A stretch of 63,859 nucleotides of DNA, the filler included, from Pirum gemmata (Eukaryota), in the NCBI GenBank assembly GCA_002812295.1. It is 24 parts of 24 records of this genome, joined end to end, with 100 filler letters (N's around TTAATTAATTAA, not from the genome) between each part and the next. Parts side by side here need not be neighbours in the genome. Positions count along the whole stretch, not along the records: positions 61,389 to 63,859 come from PDIN01006134.1; 23 more parts are not named here. The stretch is one strand, 5' to 3'. The translations under genes and the position numbers were made by a program. This document shows, in pieces, positions 63,813 to 63,859 of the stretch (the stretch's first letter is position 1; every line of letters begins with the position of its first letter). The notes beneath the pieces are model-generated. The model did not search any database, was not told the origin of the DNA, and saw only the letters and a program-made list of their open reading frames with translations.

Positions 63813-63859
<47 letters not shown>

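Overview
This window is not contiguous genome. It is about 24 short contigs or scaffolds (mostly ~2.2-2.5 kb), joined by an artificial 100-nt spacer (44 N + TTAATTAATTAA + 44 N), so gene order across spacers is meaningless. The DNA is from a very AT-rich, microsatellite-rich eukaryote with GT-AG introns, the standard genetic code and many interstitial TTAGGG-like tracts. The gene mix suggests an opisthokont protist such as an ichthyosporean (inference only). Recognisable genes are a secreted Kazal inhibitor fused to furin/Kex2-separated peptide repeats, an EsV-1-7 repeat protein, a fungal-type LCCL membrane protein, a GPI-anchored CotH-family protein, a TMEM104-like transporter, a YrhK-repeat membrane protein, a three-exon 4-TM protein, exons of Sec12/PREB, NUBP2/Cfd1 and an acid lipase (apparently with a C2H2 gene nested in one intron), and an intron-containing protein whose C-terminus resembles bacterial polymorphic-toxin nucleic-acid deaminases. 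The rest is several MITE families, decayed ISL2EU, THAP and copia remnants, two ~134-bp satellites and short palindromic TAGC/CTAG filler. Most interesting are the toxin-deaminase-like gene, the Kazal/peptide precursor, and repeated degenerate 'echo' duplications of gene 3' ends. All family assignments are by eye from remembered motifs; no searches were run.
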